A stretch of 63,632 bases of DNA, counting the filler, from Collodictyon triciliatum (Eukaryota), in the NCBI GenBank assembly GCA_043381765.1. It is 14 parts of 14 records of this genome, joined end to end, with 100 filler letters (N's around TTAATTAATTAA, not from the genome) between each part and the next. Parts side by side here need not be neighbours in the genome. Positions count along the whole stretch, not along the records: positions 23,030 to 27,531 come from JBHJMP010006021.1; positions 27,632 to 32,132 come from JBHJMP010006022.1; positions 32,233 to 36,733 come from JBHJMP010006023.1; positions 36,834 to 41,333 come from JBHJMP010006024.1; positions 41,434 to 45,932 come from JBHJMP010006025.1; 9 more parts are not named here. One strand, 5' to 3'. The stretch's first letter is position 1. Every line of letters starts with the position of its first letter. Under the pieces are notes generated by a model. That model saw nothing but the letters and a program-made list of their open reading frames with translations, searched no databases and was not told the origin of the DNA. The translations under genes and the position numbers were made by a program. Shown here piece after piece: positions 27,371 to 41,589 of this stretch.

Positions 27371-27631
27371 ACGCTCTTTCTCAATCTGTTTTTCTTTCTT
27401 TCTTTTTTTCTTTTTTCCTTTCTTTTTTTCTTTTTTTCTTTCTTTTTTTCTTTTTTTCTTTTTTTCTTTTTTTCTTTTTTTCTTTTTTTCTTTTTTTCTT
27501 TTTTTCTTTTTTTCTTTTTTTCTTTTTTTCTNNNNNNNNNNNNNNNNNNNNNNNNNNNNNNNNNNNNNNNNNNNNTTAATTAATTAANNNNNNNNNNNNN
27601 NNNNNNNNNNNNNNNNNNNNNNNNNNNNNNN

Positions 27632-28824
27632 GGAAGGTCGAAGAAAGGAAAACACGGATGACGCGCTCGTCAAAGACAATGAGCGGCAATGGTGTTGGTG
27701 TCACGTATCTTTGTGGAGCCGGATTCCACTTCTTGTATTGCCTTTCCTTCAGGTCTTCACGAGCAAGCTTCATCTGGTTTGAAAAGGACAATATATTTCA
27801 CATATTGGAAAGGATTTTGGTCAAATTTTAATTATTTTAATAAATTGTTATTTACCTTGTCAAGAAGAATGCAAGTGCGGATGAGCACAACAGAGCCTTT
27901 TTCTTCCAGACCAAGACCTGCATCAATATATAAATTTAATTTAGTTGAGAAATAAATACAAAGAAATCAATAAAAATAAAAAATAAAGATAAATCGAATT
28001 TCAACCATGGAATGGAAACGGGGCCTTTGCTCTTTCGTAGAGCTTCTTGGCAATATCGTACCTCTCACGGCATTTTTTCTACAATTTTTAACGATTGGAA
28101 ATTACATTTCGGCACGGTTCAAAAAATAAAAAAAAACCTTAAATATGAAAGATTAAAAGGAGGGGTTTTGTTACCCCAAGACTTCCCAAATGGCCAACAC
28201 TTTGCCCAATAAGATACTGGAGCATTCCATTGAGCAAATCTGTAAGTATATTTATATGTCAGTTACCCATACAAAACAAATGTATGATATATGAAAAGTT
28301 CCAAAATCAGTTCCCTTTAAAACCAATAAAGCAAACCAGCGTAATGGGCCTGGGAAGCAACAGCCTCATCATACACATTCAATTTCAGAAACCAATCAAC
28401 AATAATTTTTTGATTCTCGTCAACAAGAACCTCCTCCTCAATAGCTTTGTCACTGATATAAAAAGGGATTAAATACCAATCCATGAAACAAATAAACTAT
28501 AAATATAGTGAGTATAGTAAATAAATCATACGCAAACAAGCGGGAATGGTAGCTTCCCAAGGACTTTCCGGTAACCACCTCAATCAGCAAGGCCAAAAAA
28601 AATCCGTCCATTAAGTCATCGCGGATGTTCTTCGCCTTGAGCTCGATTTTTCCCAGGTGGTGGTTCACCCATTCGAGGACAGCCTGTACTCAGTTGCCAT
28701 GTTAAGTAATCAATCTTGACCAATAAACTAAATATTTCTTCAAGATAATGTATGCATTTGTACAGACTTCGTCAATGGTGACAAGGCTGACGTTGGCCTC
28801 GGTGCTTGTTTCGGTTGCAGACAT
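27632..28824 (-). CDS. Calponin-homology domain + start of DUF4062 domain, 3' truncated
   Basis: VLEWVNHHLGK..DDLMDGFFLALLIEVVTGK (parvin/filamin-type CH); last exon ends ERVIRVFLSSTF (DUF4062 start motif) at the contig edge. One internal exon phase is unresolved. Confidence 0.7.
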
Positions 28825-30984
28825 GTTTTGAATCTTCCTATTCCTTCGCGTGTGTTGCATAAAAACATCGTATTCATGGGTTATAATATATGACAATTAT
28901 CAATGAAGTTATTCTACTTTTTCATGAATGGAAGTTGTTTGATTTATCGATTCATATTTTGAATGCGTTTTGGATAGTTTCAATAGGCTAACCAAGCTCA
29001 AAGCTCAATATTATCAACTCTTAATATTTTTATCTTTGTTATGAAATGAACTGTTCGTGAATACATATATATCTCAATATGAAACAAATTCTATGCTTTT
29101 AATTGCTTTTTTGTAATAATATTGATATGATTTGCTTGCTTATGCATCATACAGCCACTAAACATTCTCTTAATGCTAAATATTTCGTATAATATACAAA
29201 TGTAATGTATGAAAGTCTGCGTGATATATTGATATTCTTCCAGGTCGAGTTAATATAATTCCTCTGAATCTATTCGAAATTGTGCAAATATCTCAAACTA
29301 TATGTGATGGTAAGTATGTTCCCGCAGAATGGCAAATTCACAAACAAAATAAAATTGTAAAACCGATACTCATGTAATACTCTCCGTTCATTATAGCCTG
29401 AGATTTTCATCGTGAAGGCTTTACGTGGGACAAAAAAAACCAAACCACCACCGCTTAAGTTTTCTAGGTTTAGGTGCTTGCCTTCCATTCAACTTATGCG
29501 TTTTTTTCCAAATGTGCCTTGGATTAACAGACAAATCATGAAAAATGCTTCGTTAAGAATTATCCTTGTATATTAATACTATTCCAATGAATAATTAAAC
29601 TTTCATTTTGCACGAAAATAAAAATAATTCTGACTTCATAATATTGCACCTGGGATTGTTTGTCCAGATTGTTTTGGTGTGAGGCGCGTGTCTCCAAGAA
29701 CCCGTCCGCTCTTTTTGGAAAGCTCTTGTGAAGGTTGCTCTTGCTTGAACGATGCTTATTCTTCCATAGCTCCGGGTGGTTGGGTTTAAAAGGGTCGACA
29801 TTGTCTTTCTATGATTGAAAGGTCGTTCTGTTAGTATTTGTGGCGGTGTTAACCATGATATTTTCTTTTGGCTTTTCCCTTGTGTTCTTGGACAGAGTAC
29901 GAAATAGAAGGGAAACGTAACATAGAATTTTTTTTATACTTTGGGTAGTTCTGATGTTGGATTCTTATCCAGCGCTTCATTCATCAAAAACACGTGTTAA
30001 CCCTTGAAGAATACTATAAGGATGAGTTGTTTGTTGTTTTTCAGGTACCTTCGATGTCGCCCTTGATGAAGCCCGGAGGAATGCGGCAAATAATGGGAAG
30101 CAAAGAGCTGGCCTCTCTCGTTAAGGGCACGGAAAAAAAGCGGTTAAGTATTATTTTACTCTCGTCTCTGCAATTTTTCTTTTGGGAAAGGTTGCTGTGT
30201 ATTCTTGAAGTTGATCGAATAGCTGGCTCATAGTCACCTCATTATGGCACTCAAGATCTTTCAGGACTTGGCTTATTCTTTCCCTTATCTGTATGTGGTG
30301 TGGTAGTTCTGGGGCATTTGTGCTTACCTCGAAGGTGGACGTGAGAGCCGATTCCGTACAGGCTCTGCTTCCAGGCGCTCTTTGTGGGCGATTAGGTGTA
30401 GTTAGGAACCTTTGGTCGAGCGGAGGGCTCCGTTCTTGTGTTCGGTTGTGTGTTTGCTTCAAGCCGGCGCTTTCTATCTCCACACTCGAGTCGGGCTCTA
30501 TGGTCTTGTTTCATTCCAAGGAATGAGCAGAGGCCATCGATGTTAATTCCACCCAAAAATCAGTAGGCTGATCTGGCCGAGTTGTATAACCCGACGAGGT
30601 TTAGTATTGTATTCGAGACTGACAGAGAGGAGGATAAAATTGTCAGGTCGATAAAAGTACCTCACAAATCAGTTACCTTAAAAACTATTTCAAGGAGTTT
30701 TTTACCTGTCTATGTCAGAGAATTATTATATTCTTCAATGCAAGTGTCATTTAAGTAAAGAGATGATATATAACAACAATTAGAGGTGTGGTTGAGCAAG
30801 GGATTGAAAGGTAAAACAATAACACAGGAATTATTCTTTACATTTGGTTATGTTGTGGTTGGTACAATCTTACAGCCATTAGCAATAATACCAGGAAGAA
30901 TATTCTAGAAGTTTGAGAAGTAACTTGTCTATGGTTAGATGTCGTGTGCAAGGTATTTCATTTGCGATGATGTTTTGGTGGATT

Positions 30985-30988
30985 CTAT

Positions 30989-31082
<94 letters not shown>
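30985..31082. repeat. (ATTT)n microsatellite
   Basis: Visible tetramer run. Confidence 0.9.
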
Positions 31083-31086
<4 letters not shown>

Positions 31087-32232
31087 TTTCTGTTTTTGTT
31101 TACGGTTGTTATTTGTTCGGATAACTATATCTAAAGTTTTCTTGACCCATTTTATATATATACGCATGTACTTTATGAGATAGGCTTCATATGCTTTTGG
31201 TTTCTTCGATACATTTTTAAGATTAGCGTCCAAGAAGTAACGTATGGGAGTAACACATCTCTCTAGGGTTTTATCTCGGCTTGGTCTCTCTTCAGGGTCT
31301 CATAATTACAAACGATCTTTTGCTGATTTATATTAGTTTTCTGGTTTCACAATAATCATATCGAATATTTGTAGGATTACATTTAATGTATTTAAATATT
31401 ATAATCCTATGTCAGGTCAAAATATCTTCGTCCTGTACAAATTAAGAGAAAAATAATAATAATTTACAATGCCATGCCATTACGCCGTGGTCTGGACCTA
31501 GTGGTCGGCGTCTGTATGGAGAGGATATTGGGGTCTCAAGAGACTAAGATGTTTTATTGTTCCCGCTAGGAGAAAGGGTAAAAGGTTGGTACAGCTGGGC
31601 GTAGGAGGGGCCTATAAGTATTGGGGTAGACGCATAGGTGTGGCTCATCCTTATTTAGGTCGCTTGTGTGTTGCTTCCGCGAAGTTGACGTGGCGTTCTT
31701 CCTCGAAATCATCCTGGTTAGCCGTACTCCAGAAATGTATAGTCCGTTGTAAAAGGGCGTTTGTTACAGCGCCACAGTTAGTGTGCATCGTGGGGTATTG
31801 ATTTGTTTTTTTTTTATTCTTAAAGTCTTAGCTGTCGAGCCCATCTCAACAATCTTTCATTCAACCATCAGGCAAGTAGTTCCAAAGTAGGCGGTGATGT
31901 AAGGGAGATAGACAAAAGAAAAACAGGGATAAAGATAAAAGGAAAAAAAGGGAAAAGAGAGGTCTTTGAGGCTTGATAAGAGACGCATGGATTTCTTTTG
32001 GGGACGCGTGATAGTGTCCCGCGAGTATGAGAAAAAAAAAAGGGACGGGTGATATTGATTGGATGGAGGTGGGGGAATACTGCTTTGATGGCGCAAGCTG
32101 TCGAAAAGGATGGTGAAAAGAGAAGTGAGGTTNNNNNNNNNNNNNNNNNNNNNNNNNNNNNNNNNNNNNNNNNNNNTTAATTAATTAANNNNNNNNNNNN
32201 NNNNNNNNNNNNNNNNNNNNNNNNNNNNNNNN

Positions 32233-32430
32233 ACAAAAACAACAAAAACAACAAAAACAACAAAAACAACAAAAACAACAAAAACAACAAAAACAACAAA
32301 AACAACAAAAACAACAAAAACAACAAAACAACAAAAACAACAAAAACAACAAAAACAACAAAAACAACAAAAACAACAAAAACAACAAAAACAACAAAAA
32401 CAACAAAAACAACAAAAACAACAAAAAAAA
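32233..32430. repeat. (CAAAAACAA)n repeat at contig start, likely intronic
   Basis: Visible 9-mer repeat ending just before an AG acceptor. Confidence 0.9.
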
Positions 32431-32436
32431 ATTAAG

Positions 32437-35400
32437 AAAATCTGGAACAAGTTTTTCGTGCCACTTTAAGTGATCTTGCTATCCACCATAGACTGAATGT
32501 ATTTGCCAAGGAAAATGATATTGAAATCGTCTTCATCGACTTGAGTTGGGGTGTATCAGGGTATTCCTTACAAGAACAGGTGAATCATTCTGTTTAATTT
32601 ATCTCTTAAAGACAGTTTGTATGTCTAATATCACAGACTAACATAAACGCCCCAACAATACCAAGTTAATCAAAGAAAATCAACAAAAACATACTATTTA
32701 TAAAGCTTTTTTTTTCAGTTAACGATGCATGTCCTTTTTTTCATTTTAACATGTTGGTATGATAATCATTTTTTTTCAACAAAAAACCTTCATGCGTTTT
32801 TCCATATAGATTCGACTGAAATTGGAAGCGATCGAGAAATGCACTTATTTCATAGGTATTTTGGGGAATCGTTATGGAGATATTCCCGACACGAACAATC
32901 CAAGTGAATGGAATGAAAGCATCGAAGAGCGATTCCCATCGTTAAGGCATTGTCACGGAAAAAGTGTATTGGAAATGGAGGTTTTATTCATGGATATTTG
33001 AATTGTGATTTTTGAATAGCATCAGAAAAAAAAAAGTACCTGAATTCATAAATTCTTTATATCATGCCATATAGGTATGTATAATATTTCAGTATCCTAC
33101 CCCAGACAATCTCTACTCATCGCAATATTCTGAAAATCAATTATAGAATTAATATTTTTTTTTATATATAATCTAGATACACTTATCATCCTTATGTGAG
33201 AAACCGACATCCTTTCGATCTCTGTTCTACAGCCAATCTCTCGATTACTTTACCAATGGAATAACGTCTGAGTTGGAAAAATCCAAATACATCTTTGACA
33301 TTAACGAGGAAGTATGCCTTTGTGACATTTATTAAAATATATTAAACTCTACAGTTTTTTCTCATGAATTTTTTTATTAAGTGATTTTGTCCATTACTTC
33401 TCTTTGTATTGCCTTGCCTACCTATAGGAACCCAAGTTAAATATGCTAGTTAGTACTGTAAAAGAAAAACACAGCGTGAGGTCTTTTCAAAGCCCTCAGC
33501 ATTTAACTGAAATTCTCATCGACGAAATCAAATCGTCAATTTCTCATGATTTCAGTTTTCTTTCGCAGGTTTTATGTCATGATGAAAAATAATTTGCTAG
33601 ATTATCAAATCAACTAAATAAGTATTACACAAGGTTGCCCACATTTTTTTTTTTTTAAAAAAAACCTGAAATTGAATCACACTACATAATAAATAATAAA
33701 TAAATAATCTAATAGGAACGTGTTGGAGATCCCGAGGAGAGAGCACATAAGCAATTTATGAATCACAGACTGACAAGCTTTGAGGGGAGAGAAGAGCTGC
33801 TTAACGAACTGATAGATAATGTATTATTCATTACATTTCATTTTTCATCTGATGACCACCAAAAAGCAATATTTTTGGACGGATTATAATTAATTGATTA
33901 ATTAATAGCTGTTCCTACATGGAATATCTATAGATATTCTGTTGTTTTTCCATGTTGTTCTAGGTCATACTAATAATCATAATGATAATATATTGATGAA
34001 TTAATTGGATATAACCCATATCTAAAGGTTAATCATCAGCTCGCGAATGACGCTACACCCATCTGTTGTATTTCAGCAGAATCAGGTGGGATAATATGTT
34101 TCTTGCACTTCGTTGACAACTTATTCAATATTTTCATGAGATTCCTCCTGGTAACCAATAACTTAGAATCTCTCTCCTGCGCATAACAGAATTGATAAAG
34201 TGGTTCATAATGACATTTAAAATTAAAGGCATCGGAAAATCATCCCTGATGGCTGCTCTTGTCAGAAATCTGAATGTATCGAATCCGGACTGTCACACGT
34301 TTTATCACTTTGTTGGATGTACAAATATGAGCAACTATGTTTACAGGTAGAGCGCTGGAAATAATCTTTTCTCATTTGAATGATTTTTTTTGTTTTGTTT
34401 TGCATTCGTATGATCTTTTCTCTAAATAATGATATTTTATGAAATGGTGAATTTCTTTTTTTGATAAAAAAAATATATATCAGCATCAACGAGCGAATGT
34501 CAGGGAAAGTTCGTTTCGCGATGAAACTAGCTTCGGACTCAAGTAGATACTATATTAAATTTAATCATATATATAATTAGTGTCTTTTAATCCAGAAACA
34601 CCAACTATTACATTTATTTGTTAATTTTTTCTTTTAAAAAAAGGAGACAAAGAGTTAAAAGCTGGCCTAGATGTTTTGTTGGAGCTTATAAAGACAGAAA
34701 ACAAAACGTATTTTCCATAATGATTCGGCAATTGAATGAATAATTTGTTCTATATTCGTTTCATGGGAGAACTTCCCATATTTATCATTTAAAGAACTAT
34801 TGTTAAATTGATTTTTTTTTAAATTCAGAAATCAAAAAATCATTATTATTATCGACGCAATCAACCAAATTCAATCAAGTCATGGGGCTCCTAATCCACA
34901 CACACTTTATTGGCTGCCGAAAGATACACCATTAAATGTTGCAATTGTCGTCTCTACAATACACACCCACTCTACAAATGAGGTTTGATGATATTTATTT
35001 TAAATCTTTTTTTTTTCCTTTATTCGATTCAAAGATTTATTTTAAATCATATTTTTATCTCCCAGTAAAGATGTACTATTTTTACAGACTAATAATGCAA
35101 AAATTTTTGATAAATCATTTTGAAAAGAAATCCAAGAATGAAAGTACCAAACCGGTCTATTTTTACAGATCGCCCAAAAAAACGGCTTTGCGACTTTTTC
35201 GGTCTCGCGTTTATCAAGTGAGGAGGCTTCAAAAGCAATCGTGTCTTACCTCCATAGATATGAGCAACACCTTAGTTCTGAATTACTCGATTATATTGTC
35301 AAGGAAGGAAAAGAAATAGGTAATTGCCTTTTTTTCTTCTTTTTTATTAATGCAATTAAGTAAAAGATAAAGCTCATAAAAAAAAAGTTTAAATCTAGTA

Positions 35401-36430
35401 TGCCTTTTATTACTCATTCTCATGTTTTTTATTTAAAAAAACTAATGAACAGGGGCTCCATGAACAGATTTCATGAGTCTTGTTACGTTTAATCCTTTAC
35501 GATGAAATTAAAAATCACAATAATGAACAACCACACAGGACATCCTCTTTACCTGAGAGTTTTGATGGAGCAATTGCGTATGGGAGTTGGAAGTGAAAAA
35601 CTTGTTCTAGAGATTCAAAGACTCCTATCAAACCCCACTGTCAGTGATTTATACGAATACGTTATTTCGATATGGGAGCTCCGTTATGGTGAGCACTTAC
35701 ATAAGTCTTTACATTTATTTTCTCACACACTACTGATTTTAGGTACAAATGAGAAAACATACCCTGAAACCATTTAGCAAGGTTCAATTTTCCTATCTGA
35801 TTTATTGTAAACTTGCGTTAAGGGCCTGAAATGGTTCAGTATACCCTCACATCATTGGCGATATCAAGAATGGGATTTTCTGAAAAGGAAATGGACAGGT
35901 TCATTCAATGTCAGCTGTCCACTCAATTTAAGATGAGTTTATGGTAATACTTGGCTACCGCCAGATTGTCTCACATGACTTCTAGCTCAACAAGATATAT
36001 GAATATTATAATCATGTTGTCACATGTAGTCAAATGATATTTTTGTGGATTATAATTTCAATCATCTTCCATAGGAAATCGTTTTTGTACACATTGATGG
36101 ACTCCCTTTTTATTCGTAATGGGAGGTAATGGGCTTCATTTGGATAAAAGAACTATTTACGTATTCATTTCTGACATATTTTCCACAAACTAATTCTACC
36201 TCCCAAACAGATATTCTTTTTTCCATCAATTATTTTTGGAATCTGTTACGTCAAAATACTTTATATCAAAAAAAGAATTGAACGAGGCACATTTACGCTA
36301 TGGATGCTGGCTTCTTTCACAGTTTGAACCAGATAGTGAAGACGATGAATGCTTCTCTGTCGAGATAGTCCACAATTTTATGAAGGCAGAAGATTTCAAT
36401 AGCGCTGTGCGAGTGCTCAGCTATCCTAAG
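32437..36430 (+). CDS. DUF4062 + NACHT/STAND NTPase protein (TEP1/NPHP3-like), multi-exon, partial
   Basis: IVFIDLSWGV, YFIGILGNRYG, KSVLEME (DUF4062); FEGREELL, Walker A AESGIGKS, YHFVG, Walker B IIIIDAINQ, WLP, GHPLYLR. Confidence 0.85.
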
Positions 36431-36615
36431 GTTAAGTTATTATATGTTCGGGCATATGCATTAAAAGTGATCCTATTTCTTTTGTTCAAAATAACTATGG
36501 CTATAAAAGAACAGAAAATGAAGTAATAATAAAACAGTGATACTATCATTGATAATATTTCCCCTTTATTCCATCTAAGGGATGCAACCAGTTATAATAT
36601 AATAGTCATAATGCC

Positions 36616-36733
36616 ATACATACATACATACATACATACATACATACATACATACATACATACATACATACATACATACATACATACATACATACATACA
36701 TACATACATACATACATACATACATACATACAT
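36616..36733. repeat. (TACA)n microsatellite
   Basis: Visible tetramer run at contig end. Confidence 0.95.
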
Positions 36734-36833
36734 NNNNNNNNNNNNNNNNNNNNNNNNNNNNNNNNNNNNNNNNNNNNTTAATTAATTAANNNNNNNNNNN
36801 NNNNNNNNNNNNNNNNNNNNNNNNNNNNNNNNN

Positions 36834-39800
36834 TTTTGGAGGCTCGTTTGTCATTTTGATAGAGTCTTGCAAAATTGAAAGAGGGAACTTTTCAGAGGGC
36901 ATCGACGTTAGCCAAAGTCTGAACGAAGGATGTGGCGTTATCCGACTAAAGTCATCGCATATCTTCTCAAGTTCTGGCATCCAACTCAGAGCGAGGTGAC
37001 AATTCTATCGCATATTCATAGTAAGTCTGGGTTGCTTGGCTTGTTTTTTAATACATAATTTTAGGACATATATGTGTTCTCACCTGTAAAATGACCCAAC
37101 CTCCAGTCTTTTGTGCACTTGCTATCATCTTTTCGGCTATGGGGCCTTGTCCCTGTCCCAATGAGACTCCTTGTATTTTTCTTCCCATTCCTTGGGATTC
37201 AGCAAGGCCATATAAGAGGCTCACCGGGTCTGCACCAGGGGACAGTACGAATAGTAGTGGGATACTATTTTTTTTTTAAGTTCAAGAGACGAATTCGTCG
37301 AGTTAGATTCGAAAGGAGACCGATGGACAAACAATCGACATATGCTTAACAGAAATAATCATAAGCAAAATAAATACTAACGTTGCAGCTGATTCTTTAT
37401 ATGACCCCAGCAAATCAAATCCTGGGGATTCCACAAACCGCTTTCCCATCTTTGATTGGACGAAATCTTGAATAACCTTTATTTTTTATTTTTTAAAAAC
37501 TAGATAAAGAACCTAAAAAGTGGAAAAACCATTCAAGAATTATATGTGTATGTAGAATACCGGCAGTATTTGGTCCATTCTGAGACTTCGCAAAACAAGC
37601 ATCTTCTGGAAAGGCGTCAGCTTCTTATCCCATTTCCCTGGGAGAACTCTGACTTTGGCATCAGTTGTTTGATAATATGTCCTCCAATCTTTGAGATTTG
37701 CTATTATATCATCTGGGAGTTCAGAAAAGGCAGACAAGCGCGAGAGCTCGAATATATCGGTCCAAGATTTTTCAGAAATCCAGCCAGGGGCGGGATTCGG
37801 TTTCTACAAGGGTGAATAGTGTGATTGAGTAATTCTTACATTTTATTTTTAAAATATAAAAGGGATATTTGTTCGCATGATTTAATATCATTATTTCCAT
37901 ATTTTTTTTTTGTGAAAGCACCTTTCCGTTTTCATCCAGTGCCAAACCACCAGTCAACAAGAATCTGAATTCGGTAGAATCGATTTCTCCACGGGATGCA
38001 AGAATAGATACGCACAATGAAAAAGAAAAGAGAAGCTTATCCTTTTCGAACAAAGAGCGACAGACGCCACAGTAAACAGCGTATGTGATATATTCATTGA
38101 GTATTTCAAGTCTTTGCTCCAAAGTATCCCCCTTCGGTGCCTCAGCGATACAGCGTATAAACAGAGATATAAACCACGCCAGCGAGTACTGGTACATAGG
38201 GTCAACCTATATATTGAAAAAAATAACATAAACAATGTAACAAAAAGTCAATCAATACTAACATAGTGTTATTACTCTGCAAAACATGTTCAATAATTTC
38301 ATGCGATATTATACGTTTGGCAGTTCGGCGATGCAAAAGAACAATGTGCTGGCTCTATTTGCAACTGGTCTGTATCCATTGCGAGTGTCTTCTGATGACT
38401 TTTCAAATGCATCGGCCTTCTGGACTTCAACTGTAATTTCATCAGATGTCTTCTTTGACACACCCAACGTGGTGATGAGTGTCTCATCCTCAAGAATATT
38501 TCCTTGGGCGTTGGATAGATACTGCAATATCCTGTCTTCAATATCCTGCAACTGTTTCTTGTATTCTGCATTCTGTTTCAAAATGTTCAATCGGACTTCT
38601 TCTAATTCAGGTCGTTCCTTTTCCATTACGATTCCCAACAACTGGTCTTCCAAGGCATCCGGTGTAGACATGAAGTTTACAATATTAACCTAAATGCGTT
38701 CCAGAGGTGTACATCATATTACAAACGAGAGGAATTTAAACTGATGGTTTTTCTCTCATGCAGTTCATTAATATGTACGGTTTTGTTATTAGTAACTTAA
38801 GATGATACCTTGACGAAAATCTCCGGTTTATAGTGAGGATTCCGCAACTTCGTAGTAATAAAGAACTTGAAATCGGGATGATACTCAACGATACTGTCTC
38901 CCAATTGAATAACATTGGCGCCTCCCTGATGTGGTGGATAGAGAATCTCAGCCGCAATATGACGAATTATACATGAATTTCCTTCTTTTTACATGCAATA
39001 TAAAATAATATGAAACAGAGTATTATCAAACAAACCTTTTTATAAATCTTTTTCAATAAAAGCGGCTCCAAGATGGGATGAAGTTCTTCTTGGACATTGG
39101 CCAGCAAGACCGGAGCCCCAAATGTGATTGCATTTTCCAAGTTTCTCAAGAAATCAGATTGCTCTTGATTCAGAATCATCAACTTTTCACTGTACATATT
39201 TTTCACCCATTTCACGGCTTGCCCTTGCGGGTCTATCATCAAGGGCCATCGGTTTGACTTTGTAGACATGATAGCGTTTTCGATAGAGAACTTATCATTT
39301 GGCAACCCTGCCAATACCCACTGGCGAATCCTGTTGGGTTCTCCCAGAACATTCAAGACCGAAAAATCAGCTGAACAAGGTATCTTCATCTCGTGTAACT
39401 GATTCATCCAATCATGCACGATTTTCTGGCGGTATGCATTCGTAAAAGCACCGGCATATGCGATGATGGCTGATGTCATCAGCACGTCACCTGTCAGATT
39501 GTCGTAGGCCTTTTGCAACTGCTCTGCGCGTAGAGTCCACCGCGTCTTTTCACCACCAAGACCACCAATGAGCTTTTGGGCTCGCTCTAATTGAACAGTA
39601 CATAGTTCAACCTCTCTTGTTAGGCTTTCTTTCTTTGCTTTCGAGGCAGCAAGATTATCCATCAAGTCTTTAATGCGGTCCTCCACTTCTTTCAGCTGAG
39701 CACGTTTTTCAGCGAGACTCTTTTCTGTTTCAGCAAGAGTGGACTCGGCCAGTTCCAAGGCCTGCTTCTTCGGCTTGACTGTTTGTGAGACATAGTAGTA

Positions 39801-41333
39801 AGTTTCCATAGCACGGACCCAAAGACATAATGAATGGGCGGCTTTTGATGCTTGTTTGATTTTTTCAGGTTGAAAATCCTCATTTTTCATGAAAGGTTGA
39901 AGTTTTTCAATTGCAGCTTTTGGAATATTCTCCTTGTCAAAATCATACAGGGATTTCAGAAAGGACATGTCGCCCATCATTTTTTGAGCTGCGGGCCAAT
40001 AATCATCGACCTTTGTCCCGGGTTTCGGACCAGGTATCTTGATAGGCTCATATCCCATCATCACGCAGACAGCACTTAGAGTGATGCGCACTCCGTTCGG
40101 TGGATTTTTCATGGCTTTAACCTCTGTGATGTCACTTTTGTTGAGGGTCTCAAGTGCTTTGATTGCAGCGTTTAAAGCGGGGATGGCAGCCGCAAGGTCA
40201 CTCTCACACTCTTCTTTGATGCTTTTGGCGGACTCAGCTTTTTTAGATGCCTCTGAAATAAATGATTGAAATGAGATTTCGATTTATTTACTCATTTAGA
40301 ATTACATATGACATGACAATTATGTCATAATAAAAACAAACCAGCCTCCTCTGCTGCAACAATTTTCTTTGTCTCATCAGCTTGCTGTTGTTCTCCCTCC
40401 AAGCGAATCATGAGTTCCGATGTATCAGCCTATTGAGTTATTTTTAATTTTTAGTTTTTTCGGTATTATTTCAATTAAAAAAAAGAAGCGTTATTGAGAC
40501 ATCATTACCTTCGACTTGACAAGGACAGGTTGCAAGTTTTCTAATTTAATTTGCATCTCCTTTACAGATGCTTCTGTCGAAAGCAGCTTTTGTAGCCCAA
40601 CTTCGTATCTCCGCTTTACATCATACACCTAAATGATAGGATTTAATTTTTTTTTAATAATTTTCTGAATATGAATAACTAAATGGTAAAAAGATAAATG
40701 GTATGCTAAATGATAAAACAGTGAGTAGTAATATAACAAAGCAATTCGCCAGAAACCTCCTTTCTCTTGGTTGAAAGCAATCCTGTTAATGTTTCCATGA
40801 GCTGCAAGTAGCTTGTTGGGGTCACATAATAATGTCTCCGCAGTTCGTGAAGGTACTGAGTGGCAAATCCTTGGATACTTCGATGGAAATAGACACACAG
40901 TTCAATCACACCTTTCCTTACCTAAATATATAATAAAATATTTAAGCAAACGTATTCTTAAGTATCAATGGTTTAAATTTAGAGAATATAAAGTTTACCT
41001 CCTCATCCATAGATATCTCTTCGAATTGTTTTGCAGCAACAGACCGTAGCGCATCAGCAGGCCATGGAGAGAACCAATCAATCACACAACAATTAACCAG
41101 CGAAGGAAAATTGCGAAGTCTATTTCGACTTTGCTCACCGATTGCGCTCATACAGAACACAATATGCACATTCTTTCTACATCTTTCCACAAACATGGCA
41201 AATGGCGTCAACCTTGTCTCCACTTTACCTGAAGCTTTCATCACTTGATTCATGCTATCATTGATTCTTGCGACTTCATCAGCAGCAAAAAGGTTTGGTA
41301 CTTCACCTTTGTTCAGAATATTATTGACATCCT
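36834..41333 (-). CDS. Axonemal dynein heavy chain (inner-arm type), internal fragment from AAA4 through stalk/MTBD and AAA5 to AAA6
   Basis: [126 protein letters not shown]. Confidence 0.97.
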
Positions 41334-41589
41334 NNNNNNNNNNNNNNNNNNNNNNNNNNNNNNNNNNNNNNNNNNNNTTAATTAATTAANNNNNNNNNNN
41401 NNNNNNNNNNNNNNNNNNNNNNNNNNNNNNNNNTCTTCTCTCTTCTCTCTTCTCTCTTCTCTCTTCTCTCTTCTCTCTTCTCTCTTCTCTCTTCTCTCTT
41501 CTCTCTTCTCTCTTCTCTGGGTTTTGCCAAACATCTCTCAGTTTCTCTGTTTTCAGAGCTGTTCTGTTCACCACTCACGTTAACCTAGG

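Noticed and set aside
30560-30605. Possible hammerhead ribozyme (CTGAT plus small hairpins)
   Set aside because: Core CTGANGA and GAAA motifs are not present.
31480-31545. tRNA- or SINE-like start (GCCGTGG..TAGTGGT) with a hairpin
   Set aside because: No T-arm GTTCRA motif and no cloverleaf closure.
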